NCBI RefSeq assembly: GCF_009914755.1
Contig: NC_060941.1
Origin: the human T2T-CHM13v2.0 reference genome, Homo sapiens
Reading direction: 5' to 3' (one strand)
Length of the DNA stretch: 64,000 bases
Shown here piece by piece: positions 36,471 to 56,321 of this stretch. Under the pieces are notes generated by a model that did no database searches, was not told the origin of the DNA, and saw only the letters and a program-made list of their open reading frames with translations. The translations under genes and the position numbers were made by a program. How positions within the stretch are numbered: the stretch's first letter is position 1; every line of letters begins with the position of its first letter.

Positions 36471-37636
36471 GTGTTCTACCTGGCTCTAAGCTCTTTTATT
36501 CCACCAAGCCAGCCAGGCCAGAGCTCAGACCTTGGCTGCTGGAGGTAGGGAGTGGGGGTGGGAGACGTGGGGGATGAGATGAGGGGGAGATTGGGGAAGC
36601 TGGAGAGAGGCGGGCAGTAAAAATCATAGGCACTGAGAAAACTCCTCTTTTTTCAAGTCGTTAACTCCTCTGGTATGGTTACTTAAGTGAGCGCCTGTCT
36701 TGGAGGGTGGGGCTAGGGGGTCCCTGCCTGCCCTGAGGTTCTTTCGGCTTCTGTCTGATGTTGGGGGCCCCTGCTGACTTGGTGGTCTCTGCACATTAGT
36801 AAATGTGGTTTCTCTGGGGAAGGGTTCTCCTTTACACTGAGAATCCCCGCAGGAGGGTCCTTTCTAGGATCACGTCTCCCACTGCCCCCTGCGGCATTTA
36901 GTGTCCCCAAACACTGTTCTGGAGTGAGTGTCCCATTATTGCTCCGGCAGGTAACTGGGCAGTTGAGGGTTCTGGTCTCTGCCCTCCCACCGGGAAGTGC
37001 TGAACTTTCCTTCCACTGCCTTCTGGGCTGTGAAGACCTGGGAGGGAGGGGCAGGGTGGTTCTGCCTCTTCCCAGGTACATTACATCGTGGACAGTTCCA
37101 ACAACTTCCTGCCTTCAGAAATCTCTAGACCAGAACCAGGCATCGCTCTACTTAACATTTGCCCCTTAACTCCAGGGCATGTGGCATCTGCTGGGAAGGC
37201 CAGGCCCGGTCACTATGAGTGACTCTCAGGCAGCCCATTCCCACCCCAAAACATCGCCCCAGGAGGACTCTAACCCTCTGAGTTTCTCTCCTCCCCTGTC
37301 TTCTTATCTAAGCTAGCTTGTCTTGGGTTTTTGTCAGTTGCGATCAAGTGTTCCAACAAATACAAACCTATATTCACATCATACACAAAAGAAAATTTCT
37401 GATGGATTCTTATTAAGCTTAAAGAACAAAAGTACAGAAATATTAATAGAAAGTGTAAAAGAAAATGTATATAATATTAGGGTTGGGAATGACCTTCCTA
37501 AAAATTGCACAAAGTCCGGTGACCACAAAGGAAAAGATGGACACATGTTATTGATGTAACAATTACTTCTGTATGACAAAAGATATCACAAACAGTGAAA
37601 TAAAACCAAACAAATATCAGGCTGAAGAAGATATTT

Positions 37637-38130
37637 TGAAACAGGAATTAAAAGAAATTAAAGAATGTGTAAGCAAAAACTCAGATGTATGTAAAAAAAA
37701 CCCAATTCCCTCTAAGAAACAAAAAGAGGTGGAATCCTTTAAAAATTAATTGCCTGTTTTTCTGTCTGTGGCCAGTGAGCCTTATCTCTCCCTTTCCCAG
37801 GCATTGTGAAGACCTTGTCTCTGCAGCTGTGTAGCTGCAAGGTCACTAGGCAGATAAACTCAAGTCGTAAAACATATTTTTCCTTGAAAAGTAAGAAATG
37901 ATGTAATGCATGTCTCAATTGAGTAACTGTCTTTGTTTCTTGCTTCTGTAATATGCTTCCCCCTGCACAGATCTCCCCCTGCCCCACGAAATGCTTAAAA
38001 GGTAACCTGACGCTTTGTTCGGGGCTCAGTTTTTTTGGATGTTAATGTGACTGGGCCAGTGCACCTTAATAATGATAATAAATCCTCCTCAACCCTTCAG
38101 TCTCTCTGATTCCTAAATTATCCCACTGCA
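37637..38130 (+). mobile_element. Solo ERV1 LTR (LTR15-like) within an old L1
   Basis: TGAAACAGGAATTAAAAGAAATTAAAGAATG...CCCACTGCA, 494 bp, AATAAA near 38077; flanked by degenerate L1 3' sequence at ~37340-38690. Confidence 0.7.
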
Positions 38131-38699
38131 TTTAGAAGTATTGTAACATATATGATAAAAAGGTTAATATCCCTAATATACAAAAAGCTCCTACAAATAT
38201 GAAAAAAATAATAAAAAGGAAGAAAAGATATGAACAGGTCATTCATAGAAAAGTACAAATGACTAAGAAAGTTAAGATTCTCAATACATCAGTGATCTGA
38301 GAAATGCAAATTAAAAAGAGAAACACTTTCACCTATCTGATGATTAAGACTTCAAAACCCTAATGAAAGCCAGTGTGGTCCTGGGAGGTAAAGTAAACTT
38401 GCACCTGTCAGTGTAGCATTCTGAGACAACAATTCAATGGTGTCCACTGACATTTCATGTAAACATATGCATTGTCTTGGCAATTCCACTTCAAGAAATC
38501 TACCCGGAAATCACTTACGCAAGTGCTCAAAGGTATGTGAGAAACTTGATAGGGGTTGGTTAAGTAAACAGTACCTACCCTGTGGAATGCTAAGCAACTG
38601 TTGAAAGAAGGGAGTGGACCTGTATGTCCCGACATGGAAAGATGTCCATGATATAGTGTGACTTACAAGGTCAACCTGTGGAACAATATGTAGCATGAG

Positions 38700-39028
38700 A
38701 TACATATATATGTATATATATGTATATATGAGATATATATATAAGCTCTCTTGTGCATATATATGTAAATCTATATGATATATATGTGTGTATATATCTA
38801 TATCTATATATACAATATATCTATATATACATATCTCTCATGCTACATATTGACATATAGTATATCAATATATAGCGTATATATTGTATATATATCTCCA
38901 TACTATATATAGATATCTATATCTCCATCTATCTATCCATCTATCTGTCCATCTATCTGCCTATCTCTCTATCTCTCTCTCTCTCTATCTGCCTATCTAT
39001 CTATCTATCTATCTATCATCTATCTATC
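38700..39028. repeat. TA-rich low-complexity tract grading into (TATC)n
   Basis: Visible in sequence. Confidence 0.9.
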
Positions 39029-39029
39029 G

Positions 39030-39250
39030 GGCTTGTATAGCATAAAGGTAATGAGCACAGGGTATGGCACCAAAATGCCTGGGTTTGAATCTTGGCCCTG
39101 CCGCATACTAGCAGGGTGACCTTGGGAGAATCACTTCAGTTCTGTGTATCTCAGTGTCCTAATAATGAGAATTAGTGAGTTAACGTATATCAAGCACTTA
39201 GAATAGGGGCTAGCTCATAGTAAATACTATAGCAGTGTTAGCTACATAAT
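39030..39250 (+). repeat. MIR element
   Basis: CCTGGGTTTGAATCTTGGC...GTGACCTTGGGAGAATCACTT...CTCAGT core. Confidence 0.7.
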
Positions 39251-40279
39251 AATAGAATTCCGTGTACCCTCAAGTGTCAAGAGTGGTCACCTTGAAGAGT
39301 GGATAGAGGTGGAGGTATAATAGGGAGACCCTCACTTCCTGCTTCACCTTTCTGTATTTTTTTTAACTCTATGAGAACCTGCATTACTTTCAACGTTTAG
39401 GAACAGTGAAATGAAATTATTGGCTGGGCGCAGTGGCTCACGCCTGTCATCCCAGCGCTTTGGGAGGCCGAGGTGGGTAGATCACTTGAGGTCGGGAGTT
39501 CAAGACCAGCCTGGCCAACATGGTGAAAACCTGTCTCTACTAAAAATACAAAAACTTAGCCAGGCCTGGTGGCATGCGCCTGTAGTCCCAGCTACTCAGG
39601 AAGCTGAGGCTTGAACCTGGGAGGTGGAGGTTGCAGTGAGCTGAGATCATGCCACTGCACTCCAGCACTCCGGCAGCAGAGTGAGACTCCGTCTCAAAAA
39701 AAAAAAAAAAAAAAGAGGGCCTCTCACTGCTGGAGATGTGTGTATTTTCTAAGAAAAATGGTCTAGAAGGTATTTTTGAAGGATTAACTTGGCGTCCACA
39801 ATTGAAACTGCATCCCTAAGAGGGAGGCTCTCCATTTTAACTGACAAACTTAGGGTGAGTCCGGGTCTGAAACAAGTGGAACACACAGCATGGCTCTTTC
39901 GCTTCAGGACGTAGAGAATGGCATGTAAGAACTAACCCAGTGCTGCTGCCATTACTCACAGTCCCAGAGGGGAAAGCAGTCATGTCTTCTGTCTGCACTC
40001 TGCAGACCTAACCCATCAGTTCTCAAACTCCTGTACGTGTCCCACAGTATCTGGACATGTCCATCCCATGCGTCTTGGTTGCCCACTGCCACCCTTTCTG
40101 TTCCCTGCAAGTCTTCCCATTAGTCTTTCTTCCCAGTGCTTCTTGAGAACACTCCTGACCCCTGACACTCCCATGTGGACACACAGGTGGCTCAGACTTC
40201 CCCAGTCCTCCCTGGGCTATCATTTTTCTGTTTCCTCAAATGAATGAAATATGAGGAGTGGAAAGGACAAGAATCTTAC

Positions 40280-40410
40280 CTGGAAGGCTTTGTTTGAGGC
40301 TCCTTAATAAAAGAGGGCAAGGCGAAGAGAAAGAAGACCAGGACAGCCAGAAGCAAGGACCACTGGACGCCTTGGCTCAGGTGCCTGCATCTCCACAGGC
40401 AGGACCTCAT
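40280..40410 (-). CDS. ST6GALNAC1: ST6GALNAC1 coding exon 1 (cytoplasmic tail and type II signal-anchor)
   Basis: accATG at 40410; MRSCLWRCRHLSQGVQWSLLLAVLVFFLFALPSFIKEPQTKPS; donor AG|gtaag at 40279; 131 nt. Confidence 0.97.
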
Positions 40411-40494
40411 GGTGGTGGGTCGGGTTCTAGAGGAAGGTTCTGCATGTCCTGGGGCCTTGATGTAGGCAGCTGGGAGTCTCACCGCTCAGGTTTC

Positions 40495-40720
40495 CTGGCC
40501 AGGAAGTGCACACCCTTTGTCTTAACAATGAGCCACTCCGGCAAGTGCTGAGTTTATCAGTCTCTGCCTGGGAAGGGAGGAACCGCCTTCACTGCTGTAT
40601 GAAGGCTTATAAGCTGGCGTGGCTTAAAGGAAGGGAAACTCCTTGTGTTCAAACATGTTTACCTTCCTTTTTTGTCTTTGAAGCCAATATCTGAAAGTCA
40701 AGCTTTATGAGAAATATAAC
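40495..40720 (-). promoter_or_regulatory. ST6GALNAC1 proximal promoter / 5' UTR motif cluster
   Basis: TATA-like TTATAA 40607-40612; FOX motif TGTTTAC 40656-40662; GATA (TGATAA on minus) near 40554; ETS CAGGAAGTG near 40500. Motif matches only. Confidence 0.5.
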
Positions 40721-41133
40721 CACATTATATGCAGTCTCATCTTGGTCAGGTTACTTAACCCATCTGCCGCCATATAAATGGAAAAAAGCAGTTATCTTCC
40801 TTTTGGGATTATCATGAAGACACCTTGAGGCCACCATGCACAGGGCTTTGTTTGTGGTAGGCACCCAACACACATGTTCAACACTTTAGCTCAACCTTCT
40901 CTGTTTCTCTTCTGAAATCATGACCATTACAACAATGACCAGCACGTATGAGGGCTCACTCTGAGCTGGGCAGTGGGGAGTCTTCACAGGCACTCATGGA
41001 ACCCTCACAGCCACTCTAGGGGCTGGGTACTGTCATCACCTCCATTTGACAGAGGAGGAAATGGCCTCCAAGAACAAGCTGCCAGCCCAAGAGCACATGG
41101 TGAGCCACTGGCTTGGGGTCCAGATCCAACTGA

Positions 41134-41411
<278 letters not shown>

Positions 41412-44400
41412 TGAGTAGCTGGGACTACAGGCACCCAACACCACACCCGGCTAATTTTTGTATTTTTAGTGGAGACGGGGTTTCACCATGCTGGCCAGGA
41501 TGGTCTCGATCTTCTGACCTCATGATCCACCTGCCTCGGCCTCCCAAAGTGCTAGGATTACAGGTGTGAGCCACCGTGCCTGGCCGATTGCATTCGTATC
41601 CACTGCTTAGTAGCACCTACGAGAAATCATTAACTCTACCTTGATCAAAGCAATGCAAAACAAAACCCACATAATTCTTGGGAAAAAAAAGTACACCTCA
41701 GAGGAAAAACATCAAGACCATTTGTAGAAAACTTTAAAAATTCAGAGAAGCAGCCCTCCATAAAGTACTGTGAGTTAGTAATTTTATAAAAATATTGTCC
41801 AGGGTGTTGAACTGTGGGAGAGGTTTTGGAGCCTGGGCTCACTGTTCACACCTGGCGGTGGGCATTTCTCCTAACGTACAGTTTTCAGTTCTGTACACAA
41901 GGCTCTTGGCCTTCACCCATGGCACGCACCGATAAATGATTAAACCACCTTCCTCAAGGAGGACGAAAAAGGCAGGAACATACGTCTGAGCAGCTGAGGG
42001 TAATACAGACGACTGATGGTTTCCTTTATCCCCTACTGTACACTGCAACTCACAGCACTGTTTCAAGTCATGGTGGCAAGGAGAAACATCTCTGTTAGTA
42101 CTGACTCAACCTCTCTCTTTCTCTCTCACCGTGCCTAACCTACAGATGCTCATATGTTAACTCTATAAACATTTTCTGAATTGATCTGTATCAAGTCATA
42201 ACTCTTTGTCCTAACTGGCCCCTTATCCTGAGTTCCTTTATGCACTTGACATGTACAATTATATTCCTGTATCCTGGTGCCTGCTTGCAACACTATGCAA
42301 ATAAGTGCACAGTGAAAAGGCATGTTCTTACCCACAGTACTAGTGTGACTAAATAGAGTATCTCTTTCATCGTGCCCTGTGTTCTGAAGAAGGCACTGGC
42401 TGTCAGTGCTCGCTGCCTTCTGCAGGGCATGGAGATCCAGCTGAGCTCCTGGGTGCAAGCTGAGCTACTGTGGACAATCTGTCCCTCTCGCCACATTAGA
42501 GGCAGGTTGAACTTGAAGACCTTGTGGCCAACTGGTGTGGCAGGATAATCCAGAGTCCTAGTTTCCTGGTTCTCAGGTTCCAGCCCACTGCTGCTGTAGC
42601 ATGTGCCTGGGCAGAATGCGGGATCCAGAGAAGTGTGTGTTTTAGGAGAAATTGACTTTCCAATTATTTTGTTTTTGCTTTTTGAGACAAGGCCTCTTTC
42701 TGTCATCCAGGCTGGAGTGCAGTGGTGCAATCATAGTTCACTGAAGCCTTGAATTCCTGAGCTCACAAGATCCTCCTGCGGCAGCCTCCCTCCAAAGTAG
42801 CTGGGATTACAGGTGGGTGCCACCACACCTGGCAAATTTTTTTTGTAGAGATGGGGGGGTCTTGCTATGTCGTGCAGTCTGGTCTTGATCTCCTGGTCTC
42901 AAGCGACCCCACTTCAGCCTCCCAAAGTGCTGGGAGCACTTCATGTGAGCCGCCACGCCCAGCTGCCAATTATTTTTTAAACATCGTCACAATTTTGTGT
43001 TTGGTAAGATCTACCTTTCTCTCCTTTTTATTGTTTTATTTTATTTTATTCTCTTAAGCTCAATGGCAAAAACTTTTTCTCCTTTTTAAACTAAAGCTTT
43101 GAACTTGAGTCTTTGAACTTTAGTATACATCAGCTGATGGGACATGTGAGAACTTACATGCAGATAAGAGTTGTTAAAAGATAATTTTCAGTAAAAGGTA
43201 AAATCATTACTCAAATAGATAGAAGACATAAAAATGTGCTAAAGATTTGATTCTACTCATGAGAGGACCAGGCAGATATAATAACCAGTTCAAAAGAGAA
43301 GTGCATGAGCACAAAGTAATTTAGATTGTTTTTCTTTTGCTTCTTTCAAGATTTTTCTCTATCTTTGGCTTTCAGTATTTTGACTATGATGTGTCTGTGT
43401 GGGTCTTCCTGCATTTATTCACTTGGAGTTTCTGGGATCTATGTATTAGTGTTTTTCAACAAATTTCAGAAGTTTTCAGGTATTATTTGTTTGAATATTT
43501 TTTTCTCTCTATCTCTGCCTCTTGAGCATTCTTTCCTAGGATGAGTATGTTGGTGTGCTTAACAGTATTCTACATTTCTCTGAGGCTCTGTTCATTTTTA
43601 CTTATTATTTTTCGTAGTGTTCTTCGTCTGTATTAATCTGTCTTCATGTTGGCTGATTCTTCTTTCTGCCAACTCAAATCTACTATTGAGCCCCTCTAGT
43701 GAATTTTTCATTTTGATTATTTATTTTTCAACTTCAGAATTTTCATTTACTTAATAATTTTGTTCTATCTTTTTAGTGAACATTCTCTATTTCATGAGTC
43801 ATTATTATCATGCCTTTCTTTAATCTTCAATTCTTTAAACATGGTTTACATTAAAAACTTTTTTTTTTGGAGACAAGGTCTTGCTCTGTCACTCAGGCTG
43901 AAGTGCAGTGGTTTGATGATAGGTCACTGTAACCTTGAACTCCTGGCCTCACGTGATCCTTTCTCCCCAACCTCCCTAGTAGTTAAGACTACAGGCTAAT
44001 TTATTTAAATATATATATATTTTGTAGAAACAGGTTTTCACTGTGTTGCCCAGGCTGGTCTTGAACTCCTGGCCTTAAGCAATCCTCCTGCCTAGAACTC
44101 CTGAAGCATTGAGATTATAGGCGTGAACCACTATGCCTGGTCTACTTCGATTTTTAAAACATATTCATAATAGCTGCTTTGAAGTCTTTTTCCAATGTGT
44201 CCAATATTTAGGTCCCTTCAAAAGCACTTTTTATTGCCTGACTTCTTTTCCTGTGTATTTGTCACAGTTTTTTTGCGTGTCATAATTTTTTGTTGAAAAC
44301 CAGACATTTTAGATAATATATTGTAGCACCTCTAGATGCTGAATTCCCCACTACACTGGGGCTTGTTGGTGGAACTGTTGTTTCCTTGGGCATTTGTTTA

Positions 44401-44458
44401 TTTAATTCTGAACTAATTCTATGAAGCCTATTTCCTGGTTTGTGTGCAGAGTGTATAA

Positions 44459-44734
<276 letters not shown>

Positions 44735-45195
44735 TGATCCACCCACCTCGGCCTCCCAAAGTGCTGGGATTACAGGTGTGAGCCACCGCGCCCAGTCTTC
44801 TGCTGAGTTTCTTAACCACTGTGTCTGGTACAGAGTTTCCACCCTACAAGTGGGGTCTGGGTCGGGGAAGGGAGCCCCAGCCCTCTTGGCCACACCTGCA
44901 TGGAATACAGTTTTTGCAACGCAGAGCTGGAAGAGATGAGAGACACCAGTGACACACCCTTCTTAGAGTGAAACTGCAGCCTGGAGTGGAGGCAGAGGGA
45001 GCCCCCCATCTTCTTGGGAAGCGACACCTGCTTGGGAAGAAGATAGGAGTGGGATGTGACTCAGGTGCCACAGACTGTTTATTCTTACTGGTATTCAGGA
45101 GATTTTCTTGAATAAATATTTCTTCATTTGCTGTATGTCCTTAGGACAACATAATTTTATTTCAATTATTTAAATAATTTTCACCAATTAGGTCA

Positions 45196-45504
<309 letters not shown>

Positions 45505-46225
45505 TTAAATGGCTGTTTTGTAGGGAGAGGTCTGCTGAGTTCCTCACATAGCCATCTCAGACAGGCCACGCATAACTCTTGTGGTGAACTGATATGAGCA
45601 TAAAAGAAGGCCACGTGGCCTGTTGTTCCATGAAAGAGCCGTATCCACAAAGCAACCTCCAAATGCTGAAGGAGCCAACCAACCAGAGGAGGAGGCAGAC
45701 AAATCCAGTTGGTCAGCATGGGATGATTTACTGGGTAAATTTACAGATAGAAAAGCATGGTCTTGGGGGGCTGCAGACATGTAGATCTCTGCAATGCAAC
45801 ACCTCAAATCTAGGGCTTCTATCTTGGGGAAAAGTATATGTGCTCTGGAAGGAATGTGTAGGTGGCTATGAGTATCACTACGCCTATGATGTCTGCAACA
45901 GCATCTCGGATTGTCTTGGAGGAAAAGTGAAAGTTAAAATGAATAGGTGTTCTACCTAAAGAGTAATACATCAGCTACACATTTGGAAGGTATTCTCGGA
46001 CTCAGGGTCGGTCAGGCAGATTAGCGTTTAAAATAAAGTCGCTCTTGTCCCCGCGCATATGTTTCAGTATATAAAAGTTATATAGCGAATTTTAAGTCAA
46101 AGTTACTTAAATAAAACTGAAATTGTACATTTGATTTTGAAAATGTAATTAAATATTTTAAAAGCATACCTGGGAGATATTGTGGGTTTGATTCCAGACC
46201 ACTGCAATTGCAGCAAAGTGAGTAA

Positions 46226-46748
<523 letters not shown>

Positions 46749-46784
46749 TAGACATAATGCTATTGCACACAAAAGAAACATACA

Positions 46785-46843
46785 CGTGTGAAACAATGTT
46801 GTCCAACAATAAACAGGAATTTTATTTTGCTGAGTCCTAAAAT
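46785..46843 (+). pseudogene. Terminal 3' UTR of the PTMA retrocopy, in opposite orientation
   Basis: GTGTGAAACAATGTTGTCCAACAATAAACAGGAATTTTATTTTGCTGAGT matches the recalled PTMA mRNA 3' end in sense on +. Confidence 0.8.
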
Positions 46844-46882
46844 AAATGAAAACAAAGAATAAATAATATTACATAAACTTAG

Positions 46883-48890
<2,008 letters not shown>

Positions 48891-49517
48891 TGTTTTCATT
48901 TCAACAGTGTTCAGAGGAGTAGATTCCATCTCAAGAAACCCTCTTGGTGCATGCATAAGAAGCAACTTCTAATCTGTAGAAGTTTGATCATGAGATTGCA
49001 GCAACTCAGCCACATCTTCAGGCTCCACCTCTAATTCTGCTTCTCTTGCTGTTTACACCACATCTGTGGTGACTTCTTCTACTGAAGTCTTAAGTCCCTC
49101 AAAGTCATCCACCAAGGTTGGAACCAACTTCTTCCAAACTCCTGTTAATGTTGATATTTTGACCTCTGCCCATGAATCATGAATGTTCTTCAGGGACTCT
49201 AAAATGAGGAATCCTTTCCAGAAGGTTTTCAACTTACTTTGCCTAGATCCATCAGAGAAATCACTATCTATGGCAGCTATATCCTTACAAAATATATTGC
49301 TTGAATAATAAGACTTGAAAGTTAATATTACTCCTTATTCCATGGGCTGCAGAATAAACGTTGTGTTAACAGGCATGAAAACATTAATCTCCTTGTATAT
49401 CTTCATCAGAACTCTTGGGTGACCAGGTGCATTGTCAATGAGCAGTAATATTTTCAAAAGAGTCTTTTCTTCTTAGCAGTAGATCTCAACAGTGGGCTTA
49501 AAATATTCAGTAAATAT

Positions 49518-52630
<3,113 letters not shown>

Positions 52631-53136
52631 TAGCCAACCATTTCCTGGGACATGGGAAGTCCTTCCACCTTCCCATGTACTCTCCTTTTGGAGGAATGAG
52701 TTTGATAGCAAGGGAGGCCTACACCACAGCCCAGTATTGTGGTAACAGGTGCAATCTAAAAGAAATGTGACACAAACTCAAAGGTTTTGCCTGTGAATTA
52801 ATTCAGTTCACATTTCCTAAGAGTTTACTATATACTGACTCCTGGGGTAAGTACTGTAAACTGTCGTGTCAATGAGTGACAGAAAACACACGGGGCCAAT
52901 AGAGAGACACAGAGGAGGGGCACTTGGCCAGCTCAAGTACTGGAAGGTTCCCTATCCAGTGTTCCCTACCTGACCAGTGAGGCTCACGGAGTAACACAGG
53001 GCATCAGCACACGAAAGGCAGAGGATGAGATTCTAGCAGGAAAACTCTACCCTGGCCACCAGTCCCCAGAAAGGAAGGGTTGAAAATTAATGGCCACATT
53101 GCACTTAGTCAGGCTGCAATATTAATAACCTGTGCT

Positions 53137-53240
53137 GTGCCTGCTTCAGCAGCAGATATACTAAAATTGGAACGATACAGAGAAAATTAGCATGACCCCT
53201 GTGCAAGGATGACACGCAAATTTGTGAAGCGCTCCATATT
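53137..53240 (+). pseudogene. Full-length U6 snRNA pseudogene
   Basis: GTGCCTGCTTCAGCAGCAGATATACTAAAATTGGAACGATACAGAGAAAATTAGCATG...GCTCCATATT; ACAGAGA box intact, several substitutions. Confidence 0.92.
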
Positions 53241-53605
53241 AAAAGGTAGTAACAATACTAGCTGTTGTGCTGAAGGCGCCTTTGTGGAGGAGTTTTCTGG
53301 AGTAGCAGGAGACTTATTTTTAATGATTATTTCTCCAGCACCAGGCACTATTGGTGCCGTGGACATAGTGATGAGCAAAATATAGCAGTCCTGCCTTCAT
53401 TGAGGTAAGCTCCTAGAACAGAGACAGTGGAGAATCAATTAAACAGATAATAATCCATGCTATGAAGAAAAATGTGGCAGGGCGCCAAGGCTCACGCCTG
53501 TAATCCCAGGACTTTGGGAGGCCGAGGCAGGAAGATCGCTTGAGTCCAGGAGTTTGAGACTAGCCTGGCCAACACAGTAAGACCCTATCTGTACATAAAA
53601 TTTTA

Positions 53606-53755
<150 letters not shown>

Positions 53756-53859
53756 CTAAATAAATAAATAAACAAATAAAAATGAAGCATAGAGTAAGAG
53801 CTGTGGTCAGGGAAGGCCTCTCTGAGGAAGTGACCAGGTAAAAGGAGGAAGTAAGCCAT

Positions 53860-54055
53860 GAGAAATTTATAAAGGCTGGGAAATGTATAAAGAAAAGAGG
53901 TTTAATTTGCTCATGGTTCTGCAGACCGTACAGGACCACCATGACTCAGGTGGCTTACAGTCATGGCGTAAGGCAAAGGGGAACAGGCGCATCACATGCA
54001 GAAAGCAGGAGTGAGAGAAGGGGGAGGTCCCAGACTCTTAAACAACCAGATTTCT
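53860..54055 (+). mobile_element. MST/THE1 MaLR LTR fragment
   Basis: ATAAAGAAAAGAGGTTTAATTTGCTCATGGTTCTGCAG...TTAAACAACCAGAT. Confidence 0.65.
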
Positions 54056-54073
54056 TTTCTCTTTTTTTTTTGA

Positions 54074-54187
<114 letters not shown>

Positions 54188-55716
54188 TGACTATAGGTGC
54201 CTGCCACCATGCCTGGCTAATTTTTGTATTTTTAGTAGAGACAGGGTTTCACCATGTTGCCCAGGCTGGCCTCGAACTCCTGACCTCAGGTGATCTGCCC
54301 ACCTCGGCCTCCCAAAGTGCTGTGATTACAGGCGTGAGCCACTGTGCCTGGCCAAAACATGTGTTTTGAGGCCCCTAGTTTGCTATTGTCCTGGACATAC
54401 TAGCGTTCTTACTGATTTTAAAAGGGGTATAAATGATTTGGTGTGTCTTGATAGGTCTCATTCTATTTTGCTTCAAAGGCCACAAGCTATAATTATCATT
54501 GATTTTTGTTCTGTTGAAAATGTCTTTGTCAATATTCCCGGAGGTATACAGCTTGTGAAAATCGTCCAAGATGAAAAGAATGTCTGCCCCCTTGATATTT
54601 ACTTAGGGAGTGAGGATAATGATCTCTTTGCAACTGATATTCTGCTTCAGAATATCATTTCTACCCAAATCAGACCAAAAAATCATTTGTTTTTTTCTTC
54701 AGGCTTTCCATCTGGGCTCTTTGTACCCACCTCTTTTTCTATGAGACGATTTGCCAGTAGAATACTCCATTTCAACAAACAGGTCTATGGAAAGAAGCAA
54801 ACTAATTACATGCAGCTTCTTTTATGCTTGTGGCCCAGATTTAAGAGTTCCAGACCAGCCTGGGAAACAGATTTAGAAATGGAATCAAGTATTGACAGTG
54901 CTGTGATTGCTGAAGGCGGTCTACCTCTCCACCAGCACTGCCCATATGCTGGCAGGGTTCGAAAACCTTGTCTGAGTTGAGGAACAAGAAGAGGGCACCC
55001 CCAGGCCATCTCCCATGACCTTTGGAAGGTGCAGAAAAGCCTCGATGTCTCCATAGGAGGAAGCACAAAGTTGAGAGGAAGGGCAGGGCTCACACGCTGT
55101 CCAGGTGGCCTCTGAAGCAAATAATAGGGCCCTCCCTCTGGAGATTGGAAAGTGGATTTCCTGGTGGGGCCAGGGAAGACTAGGCTGGGTTTTCTGAGCA
55201 GGGCTTCGTTAAAGAGGGGACACCATCTATGCAGAGTCTACCCTATCCTCAGAGGTCAGCAGCAATAGATGGAACCAAGTCCAGCTGGATCTGGGGCCTC
55301 CTCACCTTGGACCTATAGTCAGCTACATTAAGACACCTCTGCTGTCTTCTTCCGTGTCCTGACCACTTCCATTTCCTGCTCTCCACACGAGGGCAGCTAG
55401 GAAGCGAGGCCTTGTAAAGAGAGGAGGCAGCAGGTATCACAGAACTAGACCAGGCCCACTCCCCAATCTCCTCATTCTCCCAGCAAGCAGTGTGAGTGCC
55501 CAGCTTGTGCTGGGAAGAGGAGGTGAAGCACTGTGAACCAGATATGCGAGTGGGGCTTGAAACAGGGCTGGCCTGAGCTTTACCAGGCTAAAGTGATGAA
55601 TCTGCCCAAGATATTGCTAAGGGACTGAAGGGAGTTGGCATAGAGTGGAAGCAGTGATTAGAAAATAGAAAATGGGCTGGGCACCATGGCTCATGCCTGG
55701 AATCCCAGCACTTTGA

Positions 55717-56028
<312 letters not shown>

Positions 56029-56071
56029 TGAAGTGATCTGCCCACCTCAGCCTCCCAAAGTGCTGGGATTA

Positions 56072-56321
<250 letters not shown>

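Noticed and set aside
53137-53240. Functional U6 gene
   Set aside because: Substitutions in the 5' stem and internal stem-loop, no T-run terminator, no convincing PSE/TATA upstream
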